A stretch of DNA of 64,000 nucleotides from Pelagomonas calceolata (GCA_918797485.1 CAKKNE010000003.1:248001-312000), one strand, 5' to 3'; positions 10,733 to 21,932 are shown, counted from the stretch's first letter. Notes: generated from the sequence alone by a model not told the origin. Numbers and translations: made by a program.

Positions 10733-10749
10733 TTAGCTACACATATAAG

Positions 10750-11063
10750 TTACTCAACAACGTAGTCCGGATTAATGAGCGTGACTTCCTCGTCCTTGTG
10801 CATTGGGTACATGAGGAACATCTGCTTGTACGCTAATACTTTGTCCCGCTTGAGGAGCTTGAGCATGGCGGCGAGGGTGTCGCCTGCGCGCGTCGGCGGC
10901 GTCAGTGCGGCGGCGGCGTGGCGGACGCGGTCCCATTGCAGTGATGCTTCTCGCCCTCCTCGACGAGCGCGTTGTACGAGCACTTCAGGTCGGGCTGTTG
11001 CTTCATGAATTCGAGGATCCATCGCTTGTGCGCCAGCGACGCGGCTTTGGCTTCGTCCGCCAT
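10750..11063 (-). CDS. Costars/ABRACL-domain small protein (85 aa); exons 11063-10940, 10883-10750
   Basis: Removing a 56-nt GC-AG intron (10884-10939, branch-like CACTGAC) gives ...YNALVEEGEKHHCDTLAAMLKLLKRDKVLAYKQMFLMYPMHKDEEVTL, which fits the Costars pattern. Confidence 0.75.
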
Positions 11064-11457
11064 TCGTTGTTGGGCAGCTGTGTGATCGCTACGCGCGGTG
11101 CAGCTTTGGCCGGTCTCTGTGGTTGAGCTGTATGAGAGGCTATGAGCCACAGTGATGCAATGCGCTGTCCTGAGATGATCGCTGGGCTGCAGGCGTCGAG
11201 TGCACAAGAGCTGCGCGCCGGAGACGGCTGAAAATGCCTGCTGCGGGTTCGCCGAGCTAGCGTCCTGTGACATACTAGCAAGCTCTCCCTGGTTTTTGAA
11301 ATTAGAGCTACGAGCTTAAATTGCAACCACGACGCGTTTGCTCCGTTTCGTTGGGCTCTCTGCGTTGGCGACCTCCGCCGCGCTGCAAAAACCGCATCGC
11401 GCGGCAGGTCTAAGACCGCCAAAACCGCATCGCCGCGGCAGCGCCACAAACACAGCC

Positions 11458-13041
11458 ATGTCAGCGACGCCCGGCTTCTTCGAGGCCCTCGCGGCACAAT
11501 GCAAGGCCAAGGACTCCTACCTCTGCGTCGGCTTAGATCCGCGCACCGCAACCGCAGAAGAGGCCCACGACGTCTGCTGCCGCCTCATCGACGCGACGAA
11601 AACACACGCGTGCTGCTACAAGCCCAACGCGGCCTTCTTCGAGGCGCACGGAGCGGCGGGCTGGGCCGCGCTCAAGGGTGTTATAGAGAAGATCCACGCT
11701 GTTGGCTCTTTATGTCTATTGGATTGCAAACGCGGTGACGTCGGGTCGACCGCGCAAGCCTACGCCAAGGCTTGTTATGATGACTTGAAAGCGGACGCGG
11801 TCACATTGTCACCTTACTTGGGGTATGACGCCATCCAGCCCTTTGTGACGGGACAATATGCCGGCAAAGGCGCGTTCATCCTCTGCGCGACGTCCAACCC
11901 CTCGGCCGACGAGATGCAATCGGACGCGTTGCGGGACCGCGTCGCGTCCTTATCATCAAATGGCGGCGCCTGGGGCGTCAAGACGGCCGTGGCCTCGAGA
12001 CCTCTGGGTCTGGTCGTCGGCGCGACGCGGCCGGCGGCCGTATCAGCGGCGCGAACTCAAAATGGAGACGCCTGGCTGCTGACGCCGGGCGTCGGGGCCC
12101 AGGGCGCCGACGCTTCTACAGTTGTGCGCGCGGCCCTCTCTTCATCTTCCAGAGACGTGCGGCTCGTCGTGCCCGTGAGCCGAGCGATCATGAACGCCGA
12201 CGACCCGTCTGCCGCCGCGCAAAAGCTCTGCCAGGAGATCCGGGACGCCATCAGCAATGCGCCGCCGCCCCCCTCTCTCACGGATACGCTCGCGGACGCG
12301 TCGCGTCGACTATCGGACACGATGACCTCCACCTTCCCCAGAACGGCAGAACTACTGACGGGAGGCGCGCTGAAGCCGCACCAGGCCAAGTTCGTCGGCT
12401 GCGTGCTGAGGAGCGGCGCTTTGAAATTTGGCTCGTTCCAGCTGAAGTCCGGACGGCAATCCCCGTACTTCTTCAACGCCGGCCTCGTCTGCGACGGGAA
12501 CGATGCCGCCGAGTTCTTCGACGCGTATGCTGCTGCTATACAAAACTCTGGCCTCGAATTTGATGTGGTCTTCGGGCCGGCCTACAAAGGTATACCTTTA
12601 TGTGCCGGCGTCAGTGCCGCATTGGCGGCGCGCGGCGTCTCCAGTTCGTTCGCCTACAACCGCAAGGAGGCCAAGGACCACGGTGAAGGGGGCACATTAG
12701 TTGGAGCGGCCGTGAAAGGTCGGCGCGTGCTGCTGGTGGACGACGTCATCTCCGCTGGTACTGCGGTAAGGGAGGCGACGGGTATCCTGGCGAAGGCCGG
12801 AGCCATTCTGGTGGGTGTTTGTGTCGCCGTCGACCGGCAGGAAGTCACAGGTGGTTCAGCGCCGCCCGCGCCCGGGAGTGAAAGAGTGTCGGCCGTCGAG
12901 GGCGTGCGGCGGGAGCTCGGCGTGCCCGTCGTGCCCATCCTCACTTTGACGGACTTATTGGCGTATCTCGAGGCCAAGGGCGGCAGCGACGAGCACGCGG
13001 CGAACGTGCGCAAGTACCGCGAGACGTACGGGGCCTGCTAG
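11458..13041 (+). CDS. Bifunctional orotidine-5'-phosphate decarboxylase / orotate phosphoribosyltransferase (OMPDC-OPRT order)
   Basis: OMPDC motifs LCVGLDP, YKPNAAFFE, LDCKRGDVGST, PGVGAQG. OPRT motifs FGSFQLKSGRQSPYFFN, FGPAYKGIPL, NRKEAKDHGEGG, LLVDDVISAGTA. Confidence 0.95.
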   Translation: MSATPGFFEALAAQCKAKDSYLCVGLDPRTATAEEAHDVCCRLIDATKTHACCYKPNAAFFEAHGAAGWAALKGVIEKIHAVGSLCLLDCKRGDVGSTAQAYAKACYDDLKADAVTLSPYLGYDAIQPFVTGQYAGKGAFILCATSNPSADEMQSDALRDRVASLSSNGGAWGVKTAVASRPLGLVVGATRPAAVSAARTQNGDAWLLTPGVGAQGADASTVVRAALSSSSRDVRLVVPVSRAIMNADDPSAAAQKLCQEIRDAISNAPPPPSLTDTLADASRRLSDTMTSTFPRTAELLTGGALKPHQAKFVGCVLRSGALKFGSFQLKSGRQSPYFFNAGLVCDGNDAAEFFDAYAAAIQNSGLEFDVVFGPAYKGIPLCAGVSAALAARGVSSSFAYNRKEAKDHGEGGTLVGAAVKGRRVLLVDDVISAGTAVREATGILAKAGAILVGVCVAVDRQEVTGGSAPPAPGSERVSAVEGVRRELGVPVVPILTLTDLLAYLEAKGGSDEHAANVRKYRETYGAC

Positions 13042-13114
13042 ACTACTGGGTAACGTATATATTATGCTCGATAGGGGTAACACGTATCTATAACGGGGGA
13101 AGAAAGGACGCCTA

Positions 13115-14110
13115 CTACTCGCGCGCGTCGGCCTCGGCTTCTTCTTCGGCCTCGCGCGCCCAGGCCGCCTTCTGGTCGAGCGCGAGTTTGGTGAGGGCCC
13201 CCAGGAAGTCCTCGTTGACCTTCTGCTTTTCCATCTCCTCGTGGACGTTGACGCGCTTCTTCACTAGAGCTAGAGGTCCATTGGCGAAGTCGCCGTCCTC
13301 GCCCTCGAGACATAAACCGGGGGCCCAGGGCGGCAGGCGGTAGTGCCACGAGTAGAACATGGGGCCCTTGCCGCCCGGCAGGCCCGCGGACACGGCCTGC
13401 GGGTGGACGTCAATCCCCGAACCCCACCAGCGCGGCTGGACGCCCGTCGTGCCGTCGGGCACGCAGTAGGAGACGTAGCCTAGTGTTTGAAGCATGGCGT
13501 GGACCTCCGTCAAATCTAGGTTCTTGAGCAGGTGGATTTCGGATAAACCAGTGAAGATTCTCAGCGAGTCCTGCTCGCCGTGGAGCTCGCCGTAACACAA
13601 GCGGACGTAGGGCGGCGTCGGCGCCAGGTGCTTGTCCTCCCCCAACTTCCACCCGAAGTCCTCCGTCAATAAACATAACTTGGCGTCGTCCGTCGTAAAG
13701 GCGCCGAAGCGGCCGACGCGCGGCTTGTGCACCTCGCCGAAGCGCTTGCCCCACGTGGGGGACGCGCGGCGCACGTACTTGACGTAGTCCTTGAGCTGCA
13801 CGGCGCCCTTGACCTGGGGGCCCCGGCGCCGGCCCGTCGCGTCGACGGCGCCGTCGTTCTCGCCGTGGACCTGCGTGATTGGTTGTGATCATCGCGGGGC
13901 GACGACGCCGCGGCCGCCTCGAAATATGATTGCCGCGCGGCCCTCTGCTTCCCAATCCGGCACGGGAAGGCCGTCATGGTCGTAGGCGATGCCTAATGGC
14001 GCGTCGCCCGCCTTCTTGGGCACCCCATGCTCGTTGTACAACTGGATGGTCTCCTTCTTGGCGCTTGCGCTGCTGCTGTGGCCGCCGACGGTGACCGTCA
14101 TGGTAGCCAT
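13115..14110 (-). CDS. Hypothetical protein (310 aa); exons 14110-13934, 13870-13115
   Basis: A 63-nt GC-AG intron (13871-13933, donor GCAATC) containing an in-frame TGA joins two codon-biased ORFs. Confidence 0.65.
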
Positions 14111-14571
14111 GGTCCGTGGGATTGGGCTGGTACTCGCGCGCGCAAAAAAAACGCAGCCCTTCGGTCCTCGTCGTCCAAACAGGCCGTGAAAGGAGTGGTA
14201 GTGGCCTTGTTGTGTTTGGCGGGAGACTGTCATCGTGCGCGCTAGCAACGACCAGTCCCAGGCGTCCAGCAGTGGGCTTCGACGGGTTCCCGACGCGTTT
14301 ATGCTTGGCCACCAAAAAATCAGATCAAAACGGGTTTCCCAGCCCAAGTGACTGGCTCGAAAAACGAGCGTAGGCAAGCCCACGCACCGCTGGGGCACGC
14401 CTGCGCATACGTTCTAAACGTGCGCGAGCGCTGCGGCCATTTGCCTGCGCTCACGGGAGATCGCAGCACGCGTAACAAGGAGGCACCTATATATTGCACA
14501 GCTTGCACAGCGCGCGTCAAGGAGGCATCTGTATTGCACAGACGACGGGAGGCATCCATAGCACAGCACAC

Positions 14572-15489
14572 ATGGCTCAGGCTTACATGAACGACCCGCT
14601 CGGGCTCGGCGTGATCGCCGGGGCGCGCCCGGAGCCGGGCTGGTTCGTGCGGCGCGAGCCGCAGCCGTGGCACGCGGCGCTCCCGAAGTGGATATGGGCG
14701 ACCAATCTCGAGCTGCCCTGGTTCGGGATCCACGACTGCTTCGCGCCCGAGGGCCGGCACTCGTCGGTCGCCTTCTGGGGCGACGGTCAATTCGGGGGAG
14801 CGACGCGCCTCTGGTTCCTCGCGCGCGAGTTCGAGAGCTGCGACGCGATCCGCTGGCTGCTGGCCCAAGGCGCGGACGTCGAGATCGGCAACCCGTTGAG
14901 GGGCTCGACGCCGCTACACGGCGCCGCCATCAACGGCAGCATTCCCGTCGCGGCGGTGCTGCTCGACGAGGGCGCGCGCGTCGACGCAGGCGACGTCATG
15001 CAGCGCACCGCGCTCCATTTCGCCGCGGCGTATGGGCACAAAGCCATGGTGCGCTTCCTGCTGGACCGCGGCCACCCGCTCGACACGCGGGATCACGCCG
15101 GCGCCAACGCGGAGGACGTCGCGCGGGTGAGCGCCGCGGCGGTGCGCAACGCCGAGGAAGCCGCCAACTTCCTCGCCGAGGTCCGCGCCGCGGGCGGCTG
15201 GCGGAAGTATACGCTGGCGCCCCGCGTCCGCCTCCTCGCGCTCCACAAGGCCCTCCCCGCCCTGCAAAAGGCGCGACACGCGACGGTCGCGTCGGTTCCG
15301 GTGCACGAGGCCCTCTTCGCTTCCGACGCGCTCCCCAAGGAACTCGTCTGGAAGGTCATCTCGTACTGGCGCAGCGACCGCGACCTTCCGGTGCCGGGCC
15401 CCGCCGCCCCCCTCGACACGTTCTGGGCCAACCAGCCCGACGCACTTCGGCTGACTGTGCCGTTCCCCGTTGGCGGCGCGGCATTCTAG
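14572..15489 (+). CDS. Ankyrin-repeat protein
   Basis: GSTPLHGAAINGSIPVAAVLLDEGA and RTALHFAAAYGHKAMVRFLLDRG. Confidence 0.85.
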   Translation: MAQAYMNDPLGLGVIAGARPEPGWFVRREPQPWHAALPKWIWATNLELPWFGIHDCFAPEGRHSSVAFWGDGQFGGATRLWFLAREFESCDAIRWLLAQGADVEIGNPLRGSTPLHGAAINGSIPVAAVLLDEGARVDAGDVMQRTALHFAAAYGHKAMVRFLLDRGHPLDTRDHAGANAEDVARVSAAAVRNAEEAANFLAEVRAAGGWRKYTLAPRVRLLALHKALPALQKARHATVASVPVHEALFASDALPKELVWKVISYWRSDRDLPVPGPAAPLDTFWANQPDALRLTVPFPVGGAAF

Positions 15490-15543
15490 TCTGTTGTGGA
15501 CTGTAGTAAGTATACACATCTTTAACCGCGAGGCGGGGAGGAA

Positions 15544-17148
15544 TTAAGCAGCAAGGTCTGCTTGCATGTGGATCGCCTCGACGAGCGCGCGCGCCTGCGC
15601 CGCGTCGGCCAATTCCAGCGTGACGACCTGCTGCTTCGGCGTCGCGAGGACCACGAAGGACGCGGGCAGGTCCCGGGCTCGGATACTGGCCTCGCGGTGG
15701 TGCGCCGCCGCGTTCGACGGCAGCGCCGCGTCCGCCGCGCCGACGTACGCCGCCAAGGGCTGGTGCGACGCGAGCGACAGCCGTTTTGGTGATCTTAATC
15801 GAAGCATCTGTCGTGATAACCTCCAGCGCGCCGTCGGCAGCAGCTCGAGGGACCGGTCGCGCAACCTGAGAGCCTTGCGCGTCCGTTTCCCTTTATGGTT
15901 GTGGTCGTGGCACACGTACTCCACGCCCGGGACGACGACCGCCGTCGGCACGCTCGTTTCATTCACCTCCACCTCGATGCTCCGCGGGCCCGCTCTCGGC
16001 GACTGCCGCGGCGACCGTAACGGTGACCCCACCACCCCCCGGTCGTGCTCCTCCAGCGAAACGGGTGGTCTCAACTCCCTACAAGCCGCCCGTCCCCCCA
16101 ACTGCTCCGGCAGGAAGTCTGGTCTCACTTCTTCGGTAAGCGACTGGGCGGCGCCGGCCCCATGAATGTGGACTTTACGCTGCGTGTTCTTTGGTAGGAG
16201 TGGTCGCAGCATGGACCAGGCGTAGCTAGTTGCGCCGCTGGCGTTCACAAAATGAGTGGTATCTTGCAACCACGGATAATTCTTCTGCACGAGAGGTATC
16301 AATTGTCTCACCATGTTGAAACCTCCAGGTAACAGAGCGTGGGACAGCGTCAAGCCCTTCATGTCGAAGATCGTGCACAATCGCGCGACTTCGCCCCAGC
16401 CCTCGCGCAACGGCGTGGCCTTGCCTGGATCGGCCAACCACTGCGCATGCGCGGCTCTTAGTACAGCCCGCTCCCGCCCCAGAGCAATCCTCTCCAGCAC
16501 CATGGACTTGTGCTCCAACGCATACGTCTGCCAGCCGATGTATTTTTCCGCGGTAATATCCTTCAGGCGATGCGCCGGCCAGAAGCCGTACTGCTCCACA
16601 CACAAAGCGTTACCCTTGACGTCAAATAATTGTTCGGCACAAGGTAAGACCGCACACCTCGCCTTGAAGAACGCACCGGACGGCCACGTTTCTGGTCTGT
16701 CTTTGCCGGCCATGATCTCATCTCGAATGAGGTCGATTTTCTCGGCCTCGCGCCACCGCAGATATTCTTTGACGGCCTTGACGCCCTTCTTCTCGCTCTT
16801 GTGCTGCCGCAAGAATCGTATGAGTCGCCGATCCCCGTACGCCTCGGGATAGTTCGGCGCCCTTGCTAACTGCACGGCGCACTCGCGCCGAACGCGACTC
16901 AAAAACGCTCTTTCAGACGCGACCCAGCGCGGCGGCGGCGGCGCGGCGCGCAGCCACTCACCAAACGCGGGGTCGCTCAGCTCGTCCGTCTCCACGATCT
17001 CGGGCAGCGGCGCCGGTGGCGCGCGCTCGGGGCCCAGCCAGGGGGTTAGAGCAGTGGCATCTATGACGGGAGTGGCCACGCCCGGCGAGAGCGTGGCCTT
17101 GACGGGCGTGCTCGGCGTCGAGGGGGGGCTCGCGTTGGCGAAAAGCAT
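15544..17148 (-). CDS. CRAL-TRIO (Sec14-like) lipid-binding protein with possible C-terminal PH-like domain
   Basis: DRRLIRFLRQ...YLRWR, TIFDMKGLTL, VQKNYPWLQDTTHFVNA, LPKNTQRKVHI, LPEQLGG. Probable start MLFANASPP at 17148. Confidence 0.85.
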   Translation of the reverse strand: MLFANASPPSTPSTPVKATLSPGVATPVIDATALTPWLGPERAPPAPLPEIVETDELSDPAFGEWLRAAPPPPRWVASERAFLSRVRRECAVQLARAPNYPEAYGDRRLIRFLRQHKSEKKGVKAVKEYLRWREAEKIDLIRDEIMAGKDRPETWPSGAFFKARCAVLPCAEQLFDVKGNALCVEQYGFWPAHRLKDITAEKYIGWQTYALEHKSMVLERIALGRERAVLRAAHAQWLADPGKATPLREGWGEVARLCTIFDMKGLTLSHALLPGGFNMVRQLIPLVQKNYPWLQDTTHFVNASGATSYAWSMLRPLLPKNTQRKVHIHGAGAAQSLTEEVRPDFLPEQLGGRAACRELRPPVSLEEHDRGVVGSPLRSPRQSPRAGPRSIEVEVNETSVPTAVVVPGVEYVCHDHNHKGKRTRKALRLRDRSLELLPTARWRLSRQMLRLRSPKRLSLASHQPLAAYVGAADAALPSNAAAHHREASIRARDLPASFVVLATPKQQVVTLELADAAQARALVEAIHMQADLAA

Positions 17149-17497
17149 GGCTGCCCCTGGTGTTTTGGGCCGATTCCCCACCAGTGACACCGGTGATGTC
17201 GCTGCGCCTGAATTTCCTACGACGGCAACCCCCAGGCCTGTGTGCGAAATCAGAGCTCTGAGGCGGGCTCCGGGGACGCCTCGCGGCGTCTGACGCGAGT
17301 TTGCGGCTCGCTTGGACCACGCACCTCGGCCGTCAAAAATGCGACAGAGCTTAGCGAAAAAATTGGCCTCTCCTGAGCCTTTATTCAAACACTGACGAGC
17401 AGGGTGAACACCACCGAGCCGCCGGGCAGCCCCTCGGCGGCGCGTTTCTGTGAGGCGCCGCCCCTGACAGCCTCGATTCACTGGGTGGCAGTAGCAG

Positions 17498-19381
17498 ATG
17501 GCCGAGCCGGCGCCCGCCGGGAGCCCCGGCCAGGCGCGGCCCCGGAGCCCCTCCAAGGTTCGGAGGTTGGCCGAGAACTGGCACAGCGCGCCCATCATCG
17601 AGGACAACGAACGGCCGCACCCGCTCCTAAACGAGGACCACCTGGCGGCCGTGGCGAAGCAGCCGGAGCCGCCGAAGCCCGTTACTGATGATGACGACTC
17701 GACGCACCCGCTGCTCGACGCGTCGCGCGATACGCTGGTGACGGAGGTGTCGAATGAGACGCAGCAGGACGAGGCCGCGCGCCGGCCCGAGATCGTCGTG
17801 GTCAGCGCGCCGCCGGACATCGTGAATATTAGCATAAGCGGCGAGTCCCTGCGCGCGGACACGCCCGAGCCGGACGAGGCCGAGCCGCCGCCGCCGCCGC
17901 CGCCGCCTCCTTTGGTCTTCGAGTCGCCGGAGCGGCCCGTGCCGCCGGCCGTCGCGCCCGTCGCGCCGCCTCCTAGGGTCCCGCGCGCGATGAGCGAGCA
18001 GCGCGACCGGTCCTCGGACTTCGAGCCGCTGCGTTTTTTGGGGAAAGGGACGTTCGGCGCCGTGGTCTTAGTGAGGAGGCGGTCTAGGCTGGACGCGCCG
18101 GGCGAAGGGAGGAGGTACGCCATGAAAGTGCTGCTCAAAAGGAAGCTCGGCGAGAAGAGTCGGAGGGAGATGGCCATGGTCGAGCGCGAGATCCTGCGGA
18201 CCGTGCGGCACCCGTTTTTGGTGTCGTTGGCTTGTTCCTTCCAGTCCAAAACGAGATTGTATTTGGTGACTCCGTATTTCTGTGGAGGGGATTTAGATGC
18301 CCGCTTGAAAGAAAGGAAGACATTAGTTGCCGGCGAAGCGCGAGCACACATCGCGCGACTCTCGCTCGCCGTGGACTTCCTCCATCGATCCGGCGTGATT
18401 CATAGAGATATCAAGGGCGCCAATGTTTTATTAGATGCGGGCGGCCGCGCGCACCTGGCAGATTTCGGCCTGGCCGCCTACTGCGACGACGCTTCTAGAG
18501 GTAGGAAGCTCTCCTTCGCCGGCACGCTGGACTACATGGCTCCTGAATTATTCTTGAAATCCGTGCGGACGTACGATGGTTCTGTAGACTACTGGTCGCT
18601 TGGTGTTTTAGCGTATCAATGCCTCGTTGGCGTGACACCGTTTCATGGGAAGACCGCTCGAGAATTGTTTACAAATATCTTGAAGAGCGAGCCGGACATG
18701 GAACCTGTGCTAGAAGATGCAAGAGACGGCGTGCGAGCTCTACTGGCAAAGAACCCGCAAGAGCGAGACAGACTGCATAGCATGAGAAGGCGGCCCTTCT
18801 TCGGCGAGGCGATCCAGGTCTGGCGCCGCGTGGCCGACGCCGACGACCCCCTGGCCCAGTCGACGATTCCTGATCCGAGTACGCCCGAGGCGGCCATTCC
18901 CGATAAGGACTTCGACCGATATTTCTCGCACGACGGCGAGCGGCAGCCAGATCTGCGGGCGGACTTATTTGCGGGCTATGCGTACCGAGCACCCGATCAA
19001 AGAGGAGATGCGACGTCGCCGATGATCCTGCGACCGCCGCCGCGGCGGAAGCACCCCTTACTAGACCAGGCGTCGATGACCTCGGATGGCTCGTCCATGG
19101 TGAGCGTGACCGTGTCGCGCGACTCGCGCGACTCTCTGAGCCTGTCCGCTTCTGGTTCCGGTGTTTCCAGTCGCAGCGGCTCGAACTCGCTGTCGTCGTC
19201 CGCCTCGGACCGGTCAGTGAAAAGGGGCCACCGGCGAACGACCAGTAGAGCCATGGGCTCGATCATCGCCATGTCGCGAACCCTCTCTCAAACCTCTCTC
19301 AAAATAAAAAACGCCGCGAAGGCCGCGAAGAAGACGATGAGCGTCCGCCGCAGCCGGGACAAGTCGCCGGCGCCGCTGTGA
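17498..19381 (+). CDS. AGC-family Ser/Thr protein kinase
   Basis: FEPLRFLGKGTFGAV, YAMKVL, HPFLVSLACSFQSKTRLYLV, HRDIKGAN, DFG, GTLDYMAPE, VDYWSLG. Confidence 0.93.
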   Translation: MAEPAPAGSPGQARPRSPSKVRRLAENWHSAPIIEDNERPHPLLNEDHLAAVAKQPEPPKPVTDDDDSTHPLLDASRDTLVTEVSNETQQDEAARRPEIVVVSAPPDIVNISISGESLRADTPEPDEAEPPPPPPPPPLVFESPERPVPPAVAPVAPPPRVPRAMSEQRDRSSDFEPLRFLGKGTFGAVVLVRRRSRLDAPGEGRRYAMKVLLKRKLGEKSRREMAMVEREILRTVRHPFLVSLACSFQSKTRLYLVTPYFCGGDLDARLKERKTLVAGEARAHIARLSLAVDFLHRSGVIHRDIKGANVLLDAGGRAHLADFGLAAYCDDASRGRKLSFAGTLDYMAPELFLKSVRTYDGSVDYWSLGVLAYQCLVGVTPFHGKTARELFTNILKSEPDMEPVLEDARDGVRALLAKNPQERDRLHSMRRRPFFGEAIQVWRRVADADDPLAQSTIPDPSTPEAAIPDKDFDRYFSHDGERQPDLRADLFAGYAYRAPDQRGDATSPMILRPPPRRKHPLLDQASMTSDGSSMVSVTVSRDSRDSLSLSASGSGVSSRSGSNSLSSSASDRSVKRGHRRTTSRAMGSIIAMSRTLSQTSLKIKNAAKAAKKTMSVRRSRDKSPAPL

Positions 19382-19441
19382 TACCGCCCCGACTACTATG
19401 GTCGGGGTGGGGATGAATAAAGACCCCCCTTGTGTTGAATT

Positions 19442-20764
19442 TTAGAGCTTCCGTATTACTGAATCGCGCCCGTGCGCAGCGCCGGCAGCAGACATCATCG
19501 ACGCCATCGACGGCGCGACCTTCTTCTTGTCCACCCTAGAACCCACTCTCATACCACTCTTCGAGTGGATCTCGTGCTTCTCCATGTTTTTTCTGAATGC
19601 GGCATACTTCTTCATGTTGATGAGTCTACTATAAGTCGCGGAGTCGTTGCGGATGTTCGGGCCGTCGCCGGGCTTGCGAGCCGGTCGGTAGGTCACCAAC
19701 GTCTCTCTACGTTCAATGTCCCCGGGCGTATCTTTGAGGACGCCGCCCCAGGCCGCGTTGTCCGCGTTCGCGGCCTCCTCTGCGAGCTTGTCGGCCTTCA
19801 TTTTGGCGAGCTTCGCCTTCTTCTCCTGCTTGAGGATGGTCATCTGGCGCTGGGACCGTTGCGCTTTCGTGGAGGTCACCGCTTTCCCGCCTTCGAACCT
19901 TACGGTCGCGATCTGGCCGCCGAGCGACTGTTTTTTGCGGTAATTTATCTTTCTTCCCGCTAAATCCGCGTCAATACCTGACAACAAATCCGCATGCCTT
20001 TTTTCCTCGTCAATCACTTCCCGTTTCCTTAGCTCGTCCCCGAGGTAGCACAGGTGGCCGCCGGGCTGGTACGCCTTGTCCATCTTACGGAACTCGTTTA
20101 ACAAAACGTCTTCGTTGTCCGCTCTCGTTCTACCAGTCCGTGTCTCGGCGTGCTCGCGCCAGAACTTGGTTCCCAGGACCGTCTCATGTAGAGCTCTCTG
20201 TAACTCAAAAGCCGGCGCGACCAACAACGGCGCCTCTCGACACCTCTTGACGAATTGGTCCCGGGAGATGAATCCCGTGGGCGCGACGCCATGTTTTTCG
20301 ACTAAAGCTTGCACGGTAGGTGTCAGCGGTCGGCAGTAGACGAAGGATATTAAATCCTTGAATTCTAAGGCTTCTAGCGTCCCACTATCGTCCTCGTCGA
20401 ACAGGTGGAAGATGAACCACAATAGAGTATCACGATCATAGGTACAGTAGTTGTACAACGCCGCGCAGAACTCTACTAGATCAAGGGACATATTACCTGG
20501 CGGTTGATCATCCATAATGGTCATCGCTCTCCTCGCGAACTGCGTGTCCCTGCACGAGTAGTGGTGGAAGAACTCCCTCGCGCTGATTGTTCCCGAACGA
20601 TCAACATCAATTTTCCGGAATTCTTGCACGATGCGCATGATATCAATCGGTCGCAAATTCGTGATCATGATCAGGTGATTGAGCTTGATGAACTCCTCCT
20701 CGCTCAACTTAAGATACTGGGGGTTTAACCTTCTTTTTGCTAGCGTGGCGTTGACGCAGCCCAT
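19442..20764 (-). CDS. EF-hand Ca2+-binding protein (calcineurin-B-like N-terminal half), probable acylated MGC N-terminus
   Basis: EF loops DVDRSGTISAREF and DEDDSGTLEALEF. Confidence 0.82.
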   Translation of the reverse strand: MGCVNATLAKRRLNPQYLKLSEEEFIKLNHLIMITNLRPIDIMRIVQEFRKIDVDRSGTISAREFFHHYSCRDTQFARRAMTIMDDQPPGNMSLDLVEFCAALYNYCTYDRDTLLWFIFHLFDEDDSGTLEALEFKDLISFVYCRPLTPTVQALVEKHGVAPTGFISRDQFVKRCREAPLLVAPAFELQRALHETVLGTKFWREHAETRTGRTRADNEDVLLNEFRKMDKAYQPGGHLCYLGDELRKREVIDEEKRHADLLSGIDADLAGRKINYRKKQSLGGQIATVRFEGGKAVTSTKAQRSQRQMTILKQEKKAKLAKMKADKLAEEAANADNAAWGGVLKDTPGDIERRETLVTYRPARKPGDGPNIRNDSATYSRLINMKKYAAFRKNMEKHEIHSKSGMRVGSRVDKKKVAPSMASMMSAAGAAHGRDSVIRKL

Positions 20765-21264
20765 CCTTTCGCGGCGTCGGCGTGCTGTTGTGCTAGCAGC
20801 CCACCATTGGTACTGCTATCGTCTTCTGGGCACAGCCATGGGGACGCTTCGACTCACGTCGCACAGAGGGTCACGGGGTGCCTGTGTCGGGCGCCTTGCC
20901 GTTCAATCGCTCGAGATAGCGCGCACGGCTCCAGCCAAAGCTCTGTGTCTGCGGGCCCCGCACGAAGCCAAGCTTCCGCTTTCGCGCACCTGTACGTTGG
21001 AGCCGTCGTATCGTGGCCTTGTGATGCACTATTGTACATCAGGTCCGGCGATGATGGTCTGGAGCCAAGCTTTTTCAGCCAGGCTGTCATTGGTCCTCAG
21101 CTGAGCGCACAGCTACGGGCGCCAGAGATCACACGACGATTTTTCGTGATCTATATCGGTGACCTACACTAATAAGAAGCGCTTCTGAACGCACAGCTGC
21201 GCGAAACCCAGCCAAACACTTGGGCCTCCTGCACTGCTGTCAGACCAATCGTACGCGCGACGGG

Positions 21265-21900
21265 ATGGCATCCCTCTTAAAGTCCGTGAGCGGCTTCCTG
21301 GACACGGTCATCCGCCGCGGCGCGCCCGCCGCCCAGCAGGCCGCGCCGGCGGCGGCCCGCGCGGCGGCGCCGGCGGCCCGACCAGAAATCCCTGGACTGC
21401 CGCCACGCCCACAAAAGATCCGCGCGCCGACGGCGGATGGACGAGCACCATCATCACCAGATGACATCGATCCCGCATTACTGAAGGAGCTCTACAAGGT
21501 CGGCCCCGCGCTCAAGAAACAAGAAGTAGCAAAGCCGACGGCGCCGGCCACGGGCGAGGACGCGCGGCGGCGCCGGCGCTTCAACGAGTTGAGGAGAGAC
21601 GAGGAGGCGCCGGCTGGAAGAATAGCGGAGGCCGACGTCGCGAATTTCTTGGATTGGCGCGCGGCCGGCATGGCCCAGGCGACGCCCGACGTCGCGGGCC
21701 TCGCGCGCGCGCTCGCCTGCGACGATGGGACGGCGGCGGCGCTGCTGCGGACCTACGGTGTGCCCCAGATTCGACAAGCGGGCGACCTCAAGGTCGGGCT
21801 CTGGGCGCCCGGCGACGCCCTCGACCTGGACGACGAGGAGGTGTCCTCGGCTTCAGTTGATGACGAGCCGCTCCCGGGGCGGCGGCGACGTAAGAAATGA
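21265..21900 (+). CDS. Hypothetical protein
   Basis: Codon-biased ORF starting MASLLKSVSGFLD. No domain recognised. Confidence 0.6.
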   Translation: MASLLKSVSGFLDTVIRRGAPAAQQAAPAAARAAAPAARPEIPGLPPRPQKIRAPTADGRAPSSPDDIDPALLKELYKVGPALKKQEVAKPTAPATGEDARRRRRFNELRRDEEAPAGRIAEADVANFLDWRAAGMAQATPDVAGLARALACDDGTAAALLRTYGVPQIRQAGDLKVGLWAPGDALDLDDEEVSSASVDDEPLPGRRRRKK

Positions 21901-21932
21901 GTGCCTTAGTACACGGGGAGGGAGGAAGAGAG

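Noticed and set aside
17149..18351. N-terminal ~400 aa of the 935-aa minus-strand ORF 15544-18351
   Set aside because: It is mostly the antisense shadow of the kinase gene plus the divergent gap. The CRAL-TRIO protein plausibly starts at 17148.
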